From the NCBI GenBank assembly GCA_963925635.1, contig CAWUTT010000004.1, positions 6,133 to 70,132 of the forward strand: DNA of 64,000 bases. Reading direction: 5' to 3'. The stretch's first letter is position 1; each line of letters begins with the position of its first letter. A program made the position numbers and the translations under genes. This DNA comes from an uncultured Pseudomonadales bacterium (GTDB lineage: Bacteria; Pseudomonadota; Gammaproteobacteria; Pseudomonadales; Balneatricaceae). Positions 62,733-64,000 of the stretch are shown one piece after another. The notes beneath the pieces were generated by a model. The model was not told the DNA's origin. It saw only the letters and a list, made by a program, of their open reading frames with translations, and made no database searches.

Positions 62733-63324
62733 ACTACACTTTATCATTATTACATGGCTGTGGAACTTTCCCATTAATACTAAAATCGAGCCTCTGTTAG
62801 CGCAAATCGCCAACCAGCAAGAAGCGAGCCTAAAGCGTTTGTACGAACTCACTAATGCGCATCTATTTGCGCTTGCGTTACGTATATTAAAACAAAGGGA
62901 CCTAGCAGAAGACTGCTTACAAATGGCGTTTGTGAAAGTGTGGCATAAAGCTCAACAATTTGACGCCACTAAAGCCAAGCCTATGACTTGGCTCAACGCC
63001 ATTGTGCGCAATCAAGCATTGGACCTATTGCGCCAAAATAAGCACCAGCAACTGCATGATACCGATGATAATACCCTCAACGAGCTGGCTGACCAGAGCG
63101 CCAGCCAAGAACAACAAGTTACTCTGGCACAAGAGCAAAGGGCCATTCACCAGTGTTTAGCCAAGCTCAAAGAGCAACAGCGCCAGTGTTTGCAATTGGC
63201 TTATTTTGAAGGTTTAGCGCATCCTTTGGTAGCGGCCCGACTTGATCAGCCTTTAGGTAGCATTAAAACTTGGATTAGACGTGGTTTATTGGAATTAAGA
63301 GAATGTCTGAAACATATAATTTAA
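62686..63324 (+). CDS. ECF sigma factor (SigK-like); start uncertain
   Basis: AEDCLQMAFVKVW, TWLNAIVRNQALD, LAYFEGL, PLGSIKTWIRRGL. Confidence 0.9.
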   Translation: MRLEMALKPSAALNSKLHFIIITWLWNFPINTKIEPLLAQIANQQEASLKRLYELTNAHLFALALRILKQRDLAEDCLQMAFVKVWHKAQQFDATKAKPMTWLNAIVRNQALDLLRQNKHQQLHDTDDNTLNELADQSASQEQQVTLAQEQRAIHQCLAKLKEQQRQCLQLAYFEGLAHPLVAARLDQPLGSIKTWIRRGLLELRECLKHII

Positions 63325-64000
63325 GTCAACTAGAAGATATCGATTTAGCAGCCGCTGAGTATGCTCTGGGCAGCCTCGATACTGAGCAAAAAGCACAATT
63401 TGAGGCTTTATTGGCTGTCAGCCATGACACTCAAGTTAAAGTCGCTCAGTGGCAAGAACACCTGCAACAAGGCTTACATAACTTTGAACCTGTTGCCGCA
63501 CCAGCAAAACTATGGCCCCGCATTGCCACCCAACTGGGCCATCAATCCCCTTGGCATCGTTGGGCTAATAACATCAAACTATGGCAGGGGTTGAGTGCCT
63601 CAGCTTTGGCTTTATGCCTAGTAATGGCGATATCTCCTTGGACTAGCACAGTTAACATTGGTGATCACAGCAGTCGCCTGGCGCTGGCGCCTACAAGGTC
63701 GCCTGACTTAAACTACGTCATGTATAACGCCAATAAAGCTCCTGCCTGGATCATCAATGCATCCTTAGAGCAACACCAAGTGTCCATCGACACGATCGCC
63801 CCCGACCCAATGGAGGCAGGCAAAGTGTGCGAGCTTTGGTTAATCATCGATGCTGGCGAGCCTGTTTCTCTTGGTATGCTCCCCAAACAAGGGCGTATGC
63901 AAGTGGCATTTAATGAACGCATTACGTCTTTAAAAAACTGGCAAAAGTTAGTGCAACAAGGCAAACTGGTGATTAGCGTTGAAACCCCTGAAGGCGCCGA
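63303..64000 (+). CDS. RskA-like anti-sigma factor (3' truncated by the window)
   Basis: Manual translation open to the window end: MSETY...AAEYALGSL...WQEHL...LWPRI, TM, ELWLI..GEPVSLG...ISVE. Not in the ORF track. Confidence 0.88.
   Translation, partial: MSETYNLSQLEDIDLAAAEYALGSLDTEQKAQFEALLAVSHDTQVKVAQWQEHLQQGLHNFEPVAAPAKLWPRIATQLGHQSPWHRWANNIKLWQGLSASALALCLVMAISPWTSTVNIGDHSSRLALAPTRSPDLNYVMYNANKAPAWIINASLEQHQVSIDTIAPDPMEAGKVCELWLIIDAGEPVSLGMLPKQGRMQVAFNERITSLKNWQKLVQQGKLVISVETPEGA

Overview
Core-genome window of a gammaproteobacterium. Gene order (hflKC-DUF2065-hisZ-purA, rpoE-rse-mucD, HexR/Entner-Doudoroff cluster) suggests an Oceanospirillales/Pseudomonadales-like lineage, possibly marine; this is inference. 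Content in order: rpsF (partial); an inserted ytoQ-like/MATE/J-domain trio; rlmB-rnr-purA-hisZ-hflCKX-hfq-miaA-mutL-amiB-tsaE; queG; a BCCT transporter; orn, rsgA, psd, epmA-efp-epmB, serB; a membrane protein with a cyclase-like domain; parC; DUF3461; a complete HexR/ED glucose cluster (zwf-pgl-eda, edd-glk-pgi, gap-pyk); mucD-rseC-rseA*-rpoE; nadB, ygfX-sdhE-ygfZ, ung, lysS, frameshifted prfB; queCED; metF; cobalamin nucleotide-loop genes (cobUTCS, cobO); and an ECF sigma/RskA pair cut by the window end. I saw no rRNA, tRNA, CRISPR array, IS or integrase. The strongest candidate for something new is an anti-sigma RseA fused in frame to the RseB C-terminal domain, with no separate rseB in the operon. 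Other candidates: a HAMP/pseudo-cyclase membrane protein, an unannotated 31-aa ORF with a strong RBS upstream of prfB, a structured leader before the MATE gene, and a 5x15-bp GGA-containing tandem repeat. All calls come from motif recognition by eye; no searches were run.
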